From Blastocladiella emersonii ATCC 22665 (lineage: Eukaryota; Fungi; Blastocladiomycota): a stretch of DNA of 64,000 nt. Location of the stretch: assembly GCA_025594325.1 (NCBI GenBank), contig JANHCV010000001.1, positions 1,612,001-1,676,000 on the forward strand. The letters are read 5' to 3'. Each line of letters begins with the position of its first letter. Within the stretch, counting starts at the first letter, position 1. The notes below the pieces were generated by a model. It ran no database searches and was not told where the DNA came from. It saw nothing but the letters and a program-made list of their open reading frames with translations. Both the position numbers and the translations under genes were made by a program. Shown one piece after another: positions 41,633 to 52,412 of this stretch.

Positions 41633-42050
41633 TCGCTTCTCCCTCAATTTTGTCTTTGGTGTGTCTCTGTATATAGCCCTTCACATGTACTTTCTTTGGC
41701 CGTCGGCCTGCTCGGATCAGTGATGGGTGATGTCGCGGGCCGCGGCCAGCACGTTTCCCGACGCGTTGCGTTTCAGCCTCCTCCAACCAGGGGTTCTGCT
41801 CCAACCGACCATTCAGGATCCGCAGCCGGCGCAAACGTGCGCCGCGCAGGATCACAGCTCCGATCACCGCCCGGGTCGGGTGGCGCCGCCTGCGTGGCCC
41901 GGCGCGCCGCAGATCTCGCACGCGTGCATGCCGGTCGCGCCGCGTGCAGCCGCGCACGTTTCCGCAGCCTCCGCGTGCGCCTGCTGCTGGGCCACCCACC
42001 TTCCGTGCGCGTCGGCCGCGGAAGACCTGCTCTCCTTGCCCCCTCAAACC

Positions 42051-44453
42051 ATGTATCGTAATACGGCCCGGATCCGCGAGGATCACATCACCATGGCCAA
42101 CGCGCAGGTCACCCAGGGTCTCCAGGATGTCCTTACCGACATGCTCGAGGAGCTTGAGATCGCGAGTAACCCGTCGCTGTCGCGGCCGGGATCCGACGCG
42201 TCGTCGTCGTCCTCACTCGGCCGGTACAGCTCGCAAGTGACGACGCGCTCGTCGCGCTCATCGTCGTCGTCGTACTCGCGCCACTGCGACTTTTCGTCCA
42301 TGATTGCGATGTGGCACTCGCCACCGCCGCCGCGAGGAGCGTCGGTTGCTGAACGAGTCTCGCCTAACTACGGCTGCCTCGCGGCGCCAGGTGCGTGATA
42401 GCGCTCACGAGCTTGCCAGCACCCCCTGACCGCGAATTACTCCCTGTAGTTCACGAGGAGTCCAAACCCCACGCGTGGCCCGCCTGCAGCCGCGCCATTG
42501 ACGAGCTCATCTCGTCAGAAAAGACCTACTTCGACATGCTCTTCACGTTGGTCAACCTGTTTCTCCGCCCGCTGAAGCGCGCCGTGCAGCAGCATCACGG
42601 CAAGCACCCGATTCTGCCGGCCACCGACGTGGCGCGCATCTTCTCCAACGTCGAGGAGATCTTTGGCCTCCACGCGACGCTGCTCCAGGGCCTGCAGCGG
42701 CAAGCGTCACCCGCCGAGCACCCCGTCGAGCGCGTGGCCAGGGCGCTTGCCGACGTGCTCCCGTACCTCAAGGCGTACCACGCCTACGCCATCAACTACG
42801 CCACGGCTGTCGAGACGTACGAGGCGTGTCGGCGGTCGCACCCCGCGTTCGCCAAGTTCATAGAGGTACGCGTCGTTGCGTCGCGTCTCACGCGGCGACA
42901 AGCTGACCAGCCCGACTCCGTAGACCTGCCACGCCGACCCGCGCCTGAACCAGCTCGAGCTTCCCGCGTACCTGATCCTGCCGATCCAGCGCGTTCCGCG
43001 CTACGTCCTGCTGCTCGAGCGCGCGCTCGAGGACACGCACCCGCTATACCCGGCGCACGCGCCGCTGGCGAGTTGCCTCGGCGGAATGCACGACCTGGCC
43101 AGCAACCTCGACCACGCCGTCAGCGACCACCGCGCGCAGCTCAAGGTCGCCGAGATCCAGCGCGCGCTCATGGCCGGTACCTTCAACCCGCGCCGTGTTG
43201 AGGCGGTCCGCGCGCTTGCATCGCCGGCGCGGCGATTCGTGTGCCATGGGCCGGTTCGCGCACGTCCGCCAGCGTCAACCGCGGGCGAGTCCGAGGCCGA
43301 GAAGACGGCGCGGCTCCCGGCTGCTCCGCTACCGTCGACGGCCGCGATGTCGGCCGCGACCCCGTTCACCATGGCCGCCATGTCGTCGCTCCCGCTGTTC
43401 GAGCCCATGAAGAAAGGCAAGAAGCAAGTGCAGAAGGCGCCCTCGAAACTCAACCTGTGGGCCAAGCTCACGCGTAGCGGCTCGCGCACCAGCAGCAGCG
43501 GGAGCGACGTGGACGACGAGTTTGGGTTCACAAGCGAGTACGACTCGCACGCGCTCGAGGTCCTGTCGACGGCCGCGGCCGGCGCACCTGACCTCGTCCA
43601 CCTCTTCCTCTTCTCGGACCTGCTCGTCGTCGCGCGGCCGCTGCCCGAGGAGCGGTATGAGTACCTGTACCAGATCGACCTGCGCGGCGTCGTACTCGTC
43701 TCCGCGCCTCCACCGTCCGCGCTAGGCGTGATCAATTCCGCGCCTTTGGCCGCGCAGCCCATGTACGTCGCGCTCCCGCCGACGCCGGTCCAGCTGCAGG
43801 TCCACAACCTCGACGCGTCGCGTTCTTCGGTCCTAGACCTCGCCTACTACCCCGGTTCGCGCGAGGACTCGCGCGGGTGGCACAACGCGTTACGGACGGC
43901 GCTCGACGAGCTCAACTTTGGCGTCGCGCACTCGGCCACGGGCGCGTCGGTCGCCACGCACCCGGGCGCAATCGTTGTGCGGCGGATCCGGTCCCGAAAC
44001 CATGTCGGCGGCAGCGTCTCGACTACCTCGCTGTCCAGCTGTCCGAGCAGCCCAACTTCGAGCGCGCCGCCAACACCCACCGGCCCGCTGCCAAGGATGC
44101 TCGGGATGCACCAATCGGCGTCGGCCAGCTCGCTCAGCTCGATCGCGTCGAGCAATTACTCGTTCGGCAGCGTCTCGCCGCGGCGCGGCCGCACGCCGCC
44201 ATCGACGCCCACCGTCCCCGCGCACCCGGCAGCAACGCTGGACCAGCTGCCCATTATGCCGACGCGCGGCCCGCCCACGCCACGGCTCCACGCGCCGACG
44301 CTCGACCGGATGGCCGCGGTCCCGTACTCGCATCGGCTGCGCGAAGGCCGGCGGCTTGGCCAGTTCTTCACGGGCTCGGAACCCGACCTGCACCGCGCTG
44401 CAGCTCAAGCGGAGCGACCACGGTGGATTGAGCCCGGTCGATCCTCCTGCTGA
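42051..44453 (+). CDS. Rho guanine nucleotide exchange factor (DH-PH), tandem copy 2
   Basis: AIDELISSEKTY, IFSNVEEI, YLILPIQRVPRYVLLL, HLFLFSDLLVV. Introns 42391-42449, 42866-42923. Confidence 0.88.
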
Positions 44454-44937
44454 ACAACCATTTTGACAAACTTTTTGATCGTGACGCGTTTCTCAATATG
44501 AGCGTGCCTCGCAAGGGCCGAGGCCCTCGACTCGGACCCGCACCGTAGCAGGAAAACGTGCATATAAGCGAGCGGGGGAATCCGGGCCGGGGTTCGCGGC
44601 CGCGGCATGGCCACGGCCACCAACGTGCGCCGAGCCACCGCGGCACGCTCTCCGCGCGCGGTGGCGCCGTTTACATCACCGATACCGGCGCAGTAGCAAC
44701 GTGGGAATGAGGATGAGCGACGCGCTCGTGCCGAGAGCCGAGGCGCGCGAATGCGCGCGGCCGTGCGCCCGTCCGAGGCGCGCGCAGCGGAGCACGTTCG
44801 CCGCGATCCGGCGAATGATCCGCCACGGTTGGTCTGTATAAAGCTCGCCGCGGCCCGTCCTTGTTCTCCAATTCTCATTTCGCGCGAGATTGACCCCCCT
44901 TGTCCGCTGATCTTCCTCGCGCAACACGCCATACGCG

Positions 44938-47401
44938 ATGACTGCCGCGACACCACCTTCAACGACTCTCCGATCGGCGGCTGCGCGGTCCAAGGAGCAC
45001 CCGCCGGTCCCGTCGAGCCAGGGGCTGAGCCACTTCCTCGCGGACATGCTCGGAGACCTCAATGTGTACGACGAGTCGCCGACCCCGCTCCTGCACAACG
45101 CCACACTCGACTTTGGCGACCACAACGACGCGTGGGGCGAGGGCGGGTGCGACTCGGAGCTCGAGACGCTCGTTGGCATGTACTCGGATGCCTCCGACCA
45201 TGGTACGCCGGCCACCGTGATCGAATCGCGTGATAATCCCGGACTGACGCCTGTACTGTACACCCGTCCTAGCCGAGCGCGAGGGCCGCCGTCGGGCCAA
45301 GGTGATCCAGGAGCTCGTCTCGTCCGAGTCGACGTATCACAACATGCTCGCCGCCCTGATCCACCATGTCGTCCGCCCGCTGCGCGAGTCGGTCCAGACC
45401 AAGCGGCCCGTGCTCTCGGCGCAGGATGTCGGGTGTCTTTTTTCCAACGTCGAGCACATCTACGCCGTGCACACGACGCTGATCGAGGCCTTCCAGGAGC
45501 GGTACGTTTGTTCATCGGGGCGCAGACCTCGACCAGTATTCTGACCGCAGGCAACGACCGTAGAATGGGCGTGTGGCACACGAAGCAGTTCATCTCGGAC
45601 GTGCTCATGGGCGTGTTCCCGTACCTGTACGCGTACAAGGCCTACGTGATCAACTACGGCTCCGCGCTCCGCCTGCTCGAGACGCGCGTGCAGGACTCGC
45701 CCGAGTTTGCGCGGTTCGTGTCGGTACCGTACGCTTTTTCTGTAGCTGATGCTCGTCGCGACCAGATCACTGATCCCATCAACCCGACGACCGCAGGAAT
45801 GCCAACGCCATCCAGCCCTGTGCGGTCTCACCCTCGACGCGTACCTGATCCTGCCTGTGCAACGGATCCCGCGCTACGTGCTCCTGCTCGAGCGCGTGCT
45901 GCAGCACACGACGCCCGACCACCCCGACTACCACCCGCTGCTCGACTGCCTCGCCGCGATGCGCGAGCTCGGCAACGACCTCGACCACGCCGTGCTCGAC
46001 CACCAGGCGCGCCTGCAGGTCGCGGCGGTCCAGATGCAGCTGCTGGCGGGCACCTCGGACCCCGACCGCGTGCGCGCCGTTCGCGGGCTCGTGCACCCGG
46101 CACGCCGGTTCGTGTTCCGCGGGACCATCCAGACGTCGCCGAACGCGCCGGCGGCAGCGGGATCCGGGCTGCCGTCGCCACCGCCGTCGGCGTCCGCGAC
46201 GCAAGCCTCGCCCACGTCGTCGCTGCCACTCATCGAGCCGCTGCGCAAGAAGAAGAGCAGCGCCAACCTCAAGAAGGCCTTCATGCGCGACGCGAGCGGC
46301 CCGCCGCCGTCGCCCCGCCGGCCTTCGCTCACCGTCACGGGGCACTCGCGCCGGCCGTCGACGGGTAGTGGTAGCGGGTCGTGTGACGAGCGCGACGGGA
46401 GCGTGAGCCCGGATCCTGTCCGTGTCCCGCACGTCGCGATCCGGGACCTCGCGCAGGTCGTCGACGCGCTGCCGGACCACGTCCACCTCATCCTGTTCTC
46501 GGACCTGCTCGTGCTCGCGCGCGATCTCGGCGGTGACCGTTTCGAGTACCTCTGCCAAGTAGACCTGCGCATGGCTCGCCTCATGTCGTCGCCCGCGCTC
46601 GCACCCCGCGAGCTGACCGAGGGCGCCGGTCCCCGCCCGCGCCGTCCCTCGGACCTGCTCGCACGGCGGATCAACCAGCAGCTCTCGCCCATCACGACCA
46701 CGTCATCCTCGCCCACTGCACTTTCGGCTCCACCGACCCTCGCCACGATCCACCTGCTAATCACATCGGTCGCGGCGGCCGGCACCGCCTTCCTCGACGT
46801 CCGCTTCTTCACCCGCTCGGCCGACGTCGACCACGCGTGGCACCACCACCTCGCGCGGACCCTCGATGCGCTCAACGTCGGCATGGCGCACACGGCCGGC
46901 GCGTCGGTGACCACGGACCCGACAATTCTCTCGGTCCGCCGGGTCCGGTCGCGCAACCCGTCGTCGTCCAGCAACCTGGGCTCGGCGTCTCCGCCGTCTC
47001 CTCGCCCTGTACACGGCCGCCGCCGCGCGCCCTCGGCCCCCGAGAAGTACCACCACCACGCGGACTCGTCGGATCGGGCGGTCCCGTACCCGTCGCCCGT
47101 CACGCCGACGTATGCGACGGCCGCCCCGCCGCCTCCGCCATCGCCTGTCGGCCCAATGCCGCCTTCGGCTGCGCACACGCGACGTGTCGGGCTCACGCAC
47201 CACATCTCGGTCGACGCGCTCACGGGCAGCAGCGCGAGTGTGCGGACCACGTCGCTGCACCCGGCCGCGGCGGCGGTGGCGGCTCGCGGGCGGCATCGGA
47301 GCCAGAGTGACGCGCCGCGCCCGCTCGAGCCTGCCGTGGCACGGGTCCCGCGAGGTGCGGCGGTTGGCGGAGTGTCGCGGCAGTATCGTGAGTACAATTA
47401 A
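44938..47401 (+). CDS. Rho guanine nucleotide exchange factor (DH-PH), tandem copy 3
   Basis: KVIQELVSSESTY, LFSNVEHI, YLILPVQRIPRYVLLL, HPDY, HLILFSDLLVL. Introns 45203-45272, 45502-45563, 45724-45796. Confidence 0.88.
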
Positions 47402-47607
47402 TTGAAATGGTTGATATGTACTTGACTGGGGTTTAATTTGGACAGGGTGTGGTTCGGCGATCGGCGCACTTCCAGAACCAGGGGCGTGAGACGCGTCGAA
47501 CATCATAACGTGATGCGGACGGCGGACGCGGCGCGCGGCGAGCTGCGCTTCGGGAGCCTCGTCCACGTCTGCCTGTCCCTCCCCGCATTCGCATCAATGT
47601 TAACTAC

Positions 47608-49216
47608 ATGCAACTTGCTTTCATAATGACAGAATCCATGCGGCACCGTTTTCCCCGCCTGCTTCTCCAGGCGATCCTCGTCCGCGCCGTGCGCCTCCAT
47701 GACCCGAACGACGTTGCCGGCATGCTCCAGTACGCGCGGGTGACCTCCCACCACGAAATCCCGCGCGTCCAGCTCGCGATCCTTGTCCGCGCGCCGAGCC
47801 TGTCGCCCGCGAACGCGATCACGTCCGGCAGGGCAGCAGTCCTCGCTCGGTGGTACCAGTTCGGCTTGGCCGTCAAGGTGACCTCGGAGGACATTGACCG
47901 AGCGATCTGCATGCGGTCACTTCGCGTTCTTGAGCTTTGGCGGGACCTCGGAGTCTTTGACTCGGCCGCTGGCAAAGACGAGCTGGGTTGGTGGAACACG
48001 AGCGCTCGCGTTGCACTTGGTCTGCGACCAACGGTATTGTCCCGGCGTTGAGCTATGATGGATTCATCCACTAACGTTTGCGTCCATCGTGTAGGCCCAT
48101 CATCTACTCCCGATCCGCGCGGCGTGCTTCCGTGTCGCATCGGGCAGGTCGACGGACCTCGTGCTCTCGCGACGCGTCGTAACCGACGAGGGCATCGCGT
48201 TTCTGAACCGTTTTCTGCTGAGCTCAGATGCGCGGTCGCTCAAGACGATCATTCTAGATCAATGCACCATCGACTGGCCGCGACTGCTCGCGCTCACTTT
48301 TCCGGATACGGTGACGGCGATCCACATCGGGTCCATCTGGCTCGACACCATCCCAAGCTCCTGCTCGGGCGTCTCGGTGCGCTGGCCCGCACAGCTCAAG
48401 GAGCTCCAACTGAGCCGTATTCTCCTTCGGCCAGCAACGGTCGTTCAGCTTCTCTCGACGTTGCCGAGTTCCTTGACATCGCTCAGCTTCGCCCGCTCTT
48501 GCATCACGGGCCCCGCGCTCCTCGGTCTCATGCACGCGCTTCCGCCGACCCTCACGAGCCTGAGTTTGCAGGCAACGGGCCTCACGAACGCCCGGCTGGC
48601 TGCGATCGGGCCCTTGTTTCCGCCATCGCTGGTGACACTCGACCTTGGCCGTAACGACCTGCATGTCGAGGTAGGCACTCCCGCGTGGCCGCTGCCCGTC
48701 TCGCTCGTGTCGCTCTGCTTGCGCGGGGCCGTTCTCGGTCCCCGCGGACTATGCTCTCTCATGTACACTCTGCCACGGTCTCTCGAGGTGCTCGACCTCG
48801 CGCACGCTGTCCTCGACTACTTGCCCGTCACTCCTCCTCATCGCACGCAGCAGCAAGTGCTCCTCTTCTCGTCGCTGCCCAAATGGCTCAAGTCGTTTGA
48901 TTTCAGCGGCCACCGGCTGACCGACGACGCGGTCCGGGCGTTGGCGCTGTGGCTCCCGCGCGGGCTCGAGGTGCTCGTGCTGTCCAAGTGCCATCTCTCG
49001 GAGCACGCCGCGCAGCACCTGATTTCGCGGCTCCCGTCCACGCTGCGGCAGCTCGGGCTCTCGACCGACACGGTCGGCGGCGCTGTCGGTGCGCTGCTCG
49101 CAAGCCATGTCCCGAGGCTCGAGCAGCTGATTCTCGACCGCGACTTTGTGGTGAAGGCGGCCGAGGCGCTCCTGGCGAGCGTGATGGCGGCGTCGTTGTG
49201 TGTGCCGGGGTCGTGA
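47608..49216 (+). CDS. RNI-like leucine-rich-repeat protein with a degenerate ankyrin-like N-terminal region
   Basis: Exons joined in frame by intron 48034-48094. Repeats LP.SLTSLSF, LPPTLTSLSL, FPPSLVTLDL, LPRSLEVLDL, LPRGLEVLVL, LPSTLRQLGL. Confidence 0.75.
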
Positions 49217-49464
49217 GTTGCAATGCATGAAACCGTTCTTGACTCACTGGGTGACCGTGCGCGGCAAGGCTCCGGGCGAGAACCCGCGAGACCAAGGGCG
49301 GCGAGACGCGCCGCGATATCATGTGAGCTCAGGAGATGCCGCCGCTCACGCCAGGAGCCAGGAGCCCGCCGTTCTCCTGCCCCCCCCTTCCTTACCTCTG
49401 GCGATCCGCGTCGCTGACTCCTGCTCCCTTCGATCCCGCAAAGTCAGGGCACCACCACGCATCC

Positions 49465-50886
49465 ATGGATCCACACTTCCCGCACCACCCGGCGGCGGCA
49501 GCAGCGCCCGGAGACTCGCACGGCGGTAGCGAGCATCCGCTGAGCACGGCGTCGCCGCTCGACGGCACGGGGCTCCCGACGGAAGCCGAGTGGGCGGCGC
49601 AGCTCGCGGCGGCGCACGCGCACCACGGCGACATGTACTCGTACATGCCGTCGCGGTACGCGGCCGTCGGGCCCGGCATGCTGCCGCCGTGGGCGAGCCT
49701 CGCGCACGAGTTTGGCGGGGTCGGTGTCGGTGACCTCGGGCCCCTGGAGCCGGCGCACCACCACCAGTACGAGCAGCATCAGCAGTACCACGCAGACACG
49801 CAGCACCAGCACTTCCACCCGGGCGCGCAGCAGTACCACCACCACCACCACCACGAGCACGCGGGATCCGCGCCAGAAGAGGTTTTTTTCCCGCCGCCAC
49901 CACCACCAGAGGCCGAGGCGGCCGAGCCCGCGCCCGAGCCGGAGCCCGAGATTGTCCTCGAGGGCATGGCGACAGTCGCGACGCAGACCGAGCCCGCGAT
50001 CCCCGTCAAGCGCGGCCGCGGCCGCCCGAAGAAGCACGTCCCCGTGGTGGCGTCCGCGACCGACGTGATCCTGATGCCGTCGGCCGCCGCTACTGCGACT
50101 GTACCACCCGCTACCGGCGCCGCCGCCGCCGACTCGGAAACCGGTACCACCACGCCCGCCACGAACGGCACCCCCGCGACCCCGCCGCGCCGCCGGCAGC
50201 TGAGCCACCCGTCGGCGGCGGCGTCGACGGCTCCCGGCGAGGAACCGCTGTCGCCCGACGTCGCGGCTGCGCTCGCCGCGCTGGTCTCGGGGTCCGAGCC
50301 CCAGATGCAGACCGAGCCCGCGCCCACCGCCTCGGAACCCACCCCCGCGCCCATTCCCGCACGGCCCACGCGACCCGCCGTCGAGACGTGCGACGTGGCC
50401 GTCAACTTCCCGCCGTCCGGCACGCCGTTCAACGGCACCTCCGCCACCGCCGCGTCTGCCGCGACGTCCGCGGCCGGTACGGCGCCCAAAAAGGCCAAGA
50501 CGATCAAGCCGACGAAGAAGCGTGCGGCCCCGGCCGAGGGCGAGGAGGCGGTCGAGGGCGCGGAGGTGCCGCCGCCCCCGCCAAAGCGGCCACGCGGGCG
50601 GCCGCGCAAGAACCCGGTCCCTGCAACGCAGGCGGTCGCGGTGTCGGCGCCTGCTGCTCCCGCCGCGGTGCCAGGAGCCCCGGCAGCGGAGGGCGGAGCA
50701 GCGCCCGTCAAGCGCGGGCGCGGGCGGCCGCGTAAGAACCCGCTCCCGGTCGTCGTTTCGGACCCGGTCGTTGTCACGGACCCGCTCCCAGTCGTTGCGG
50801 ACCCGCTCCCCGCCGGCATGGACCCGCTCGACGCCGCGATGCTGCATCCGTCGCCGCCGCCGGCGCCCGTGGCGGAGCAGCAGTAG
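49465..50886 (+). CDS. AT-hook (HMGA-like) DNA-binding protein
   Basis: Three AT-hook cores (KRGRGRPKK, KRPRGRPRK, KRGRGRPRK) in a Pro/Ala-rich disordered chain, with a His/Gln-rich N-terminal region. Confidence 0.8.
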   Translation: MDPHFPHHPAAAAAPGDSHGGSEHPLSTASPLDGTGLPTEAEWAAQLAAAHAHHGDMYSYMPSRYAAVGPGMLPPWASLAHEFGGVGVGDLGPLEPAHHHQYEQHQQYHADTQHQHFHPGAQQYHHHHHHEHAGSAPEEVFFPPPPPPEAEAAEPAPEPEPEIVLEGMATVATQTEPAIPVKRGRGRPKKHVPVVASATDVILMPSAAATATVPPATGAAAADSETGTTTPATNGTPATPPRRRQLSHPSAAASTAPGEEPLSPDVAAALAALVSGSEPQMQTEPAPTASEPTPAPIPARPTRPAVETCDVAVNFPPSGTPFNGTSATAASAATSAAGTAPKKAKTIKPTKKRAAPAEGEEAVEGAEVPPPPPKRPRGRPRKNPVPATQAVAVSAPAAPAAVPGAPAAEGGAAPVKRGRGRPRKNPLPVVVSDPVVVTDPLPVVADPLPAGMDPLDAAMLHPSPPPAPVAEQQ

Positions 50887-50943
50887 ACAGACTCGTGTGA
50901 CAAACCAAGCATGCGTAATATACATTTCCCCTCCTCAACCCAG

Positions 50944-52110
50944 TCACTCGACCTTGGTAGCGACCGGTTCCGGCTCCGCGGCCACCCCAGCCGTCTTGAC
51001 GCCGCGCAGCATCGCCATGACCTGCGCGCCGGGACTCAGGGTCTCGCCGGGGACCGCGTCAGGCATGCGCGCGTGTGCCGCGCGGCAGTACTCGACGACG
51101 CTCGGCTCGCGCGTGCGCAGGAACGGGTTGGTCGCCCACTCGCGCGCGAAGAGCGACGGGACCGTCGCGCGTTTCGCGGCGCGCAGGGTACGGACTTCGC
51201 GCAGGTCGTCCTGCACGAGCGAGCGCGGTTAGTTGGTGTCGTGCAAACGTGTCACAGACCGACGTACCAGGACGGCGGGGTTGGTCGGGTCCACGAGCGC
51301 GGCAAACTCGAGGTTCGGCAGCGCGTACTCGTGGCCGGGCCACAGCAGCGCGGTCGCGGGCGGGAGCAGGGACGCGGGCGCGGCGCGCAGCGCGTCGACC
51401 ACGGCCTGCATCTCGTCGGCGCTGCCCTCGAAGAACTTGCCGACGCCGCCTCGGAACACGGTGTCGCCCGAGAAGAGGCACGGCGGGAAGGTGGACGAGG
51501 TCGGGACGTCGAGGACGTAGACGAGCGAGGCTGAGTAGCGCGGCACGGGTCGGGTCAGCGCGATGGGCCGGAGAGCGATGAACGAGAACAGCGTACCCCG
51601 CGTATGGCACGGCGTGACGACGGACCGTACGCGCATCCGAGTCCCAATCCGCGCCTCGTCGGGCGCATCGACGGTCCCGCCGAGCTCATGAGTCGCGGCA
51701 GGGACCCACTCGCCGCGTCCGCCGTAGACGGCGCAGTTGGGGAACCGCGCGACGATCTCGACGTTCCCGCCGCTGTGGTCGTGGTGCTTGTGGGTGGTCA
51801 AGATGGCGACGAGCTTGGGCGGGGCGGGGCGGCCGAGGGCCTCGTCGATCCACGCGAGGACGTGGGCCGCGTCCGACGGGTCGACGAGGGCCAGCTCGTT
51901 GTGTCTGGCGTCGAGCACCGCGTACGCGTAGTTGTCCTGGCCGACGGGCAGCGGGATCACCTGCACGCCGTCGGCATCGAGCACGTTGCGTTCCGGGTCG
52001 ACAAGCGAGTGCGGCTCGGGGCCCGTCGGGTTGAGCAGGAACTTGTTCAGGTACCACCCGACCGGGCTCGTGTAGACGCGGTACAGGGCTTTGCCGAGGA
52101 ATCCATCCAT
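50944..52110 (-). CDS. Metallo-beta-lactamase-fold hydroxyacylglutathione hydrolase, PNKD/glyoxalase II-like
   Basis: DNYAY, VDPSD, LVAILTTHKHHDHSGGN (THxHxDH), TPCHT, CLFSGD, LLWPGHEY, NPFLR. Introns 51596-51531, 51267-51211. Confidence 0.9.
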
Positions 52111-52412
52111 GGTGGTGCGGTATTACATGTAGTACGCTGACGCGCGATGGCGGGGAGCGCGGAAGGGACGCGACGCGTCGCGCGCCTCTTCACCCTCGCG
52201 CCTCAATCGACTCAGCTTCTCCGCCTGGCAGTCGCGGCGCAGCTGCAGAGACAAACGTTTGCTGTGTATGGTGGGGCAAGGCTAGAGTAACAATACAAGA
52301 TGGCGCGGTAGCGAGACAAATGGGGGGGATCTAGATATGCATATGACGAAGAGGGGAGGGGATGCGCGCGCGTGTTGATGGTGGAGAGCAATAAATACGG
52401 CCGAGCCAGCAC

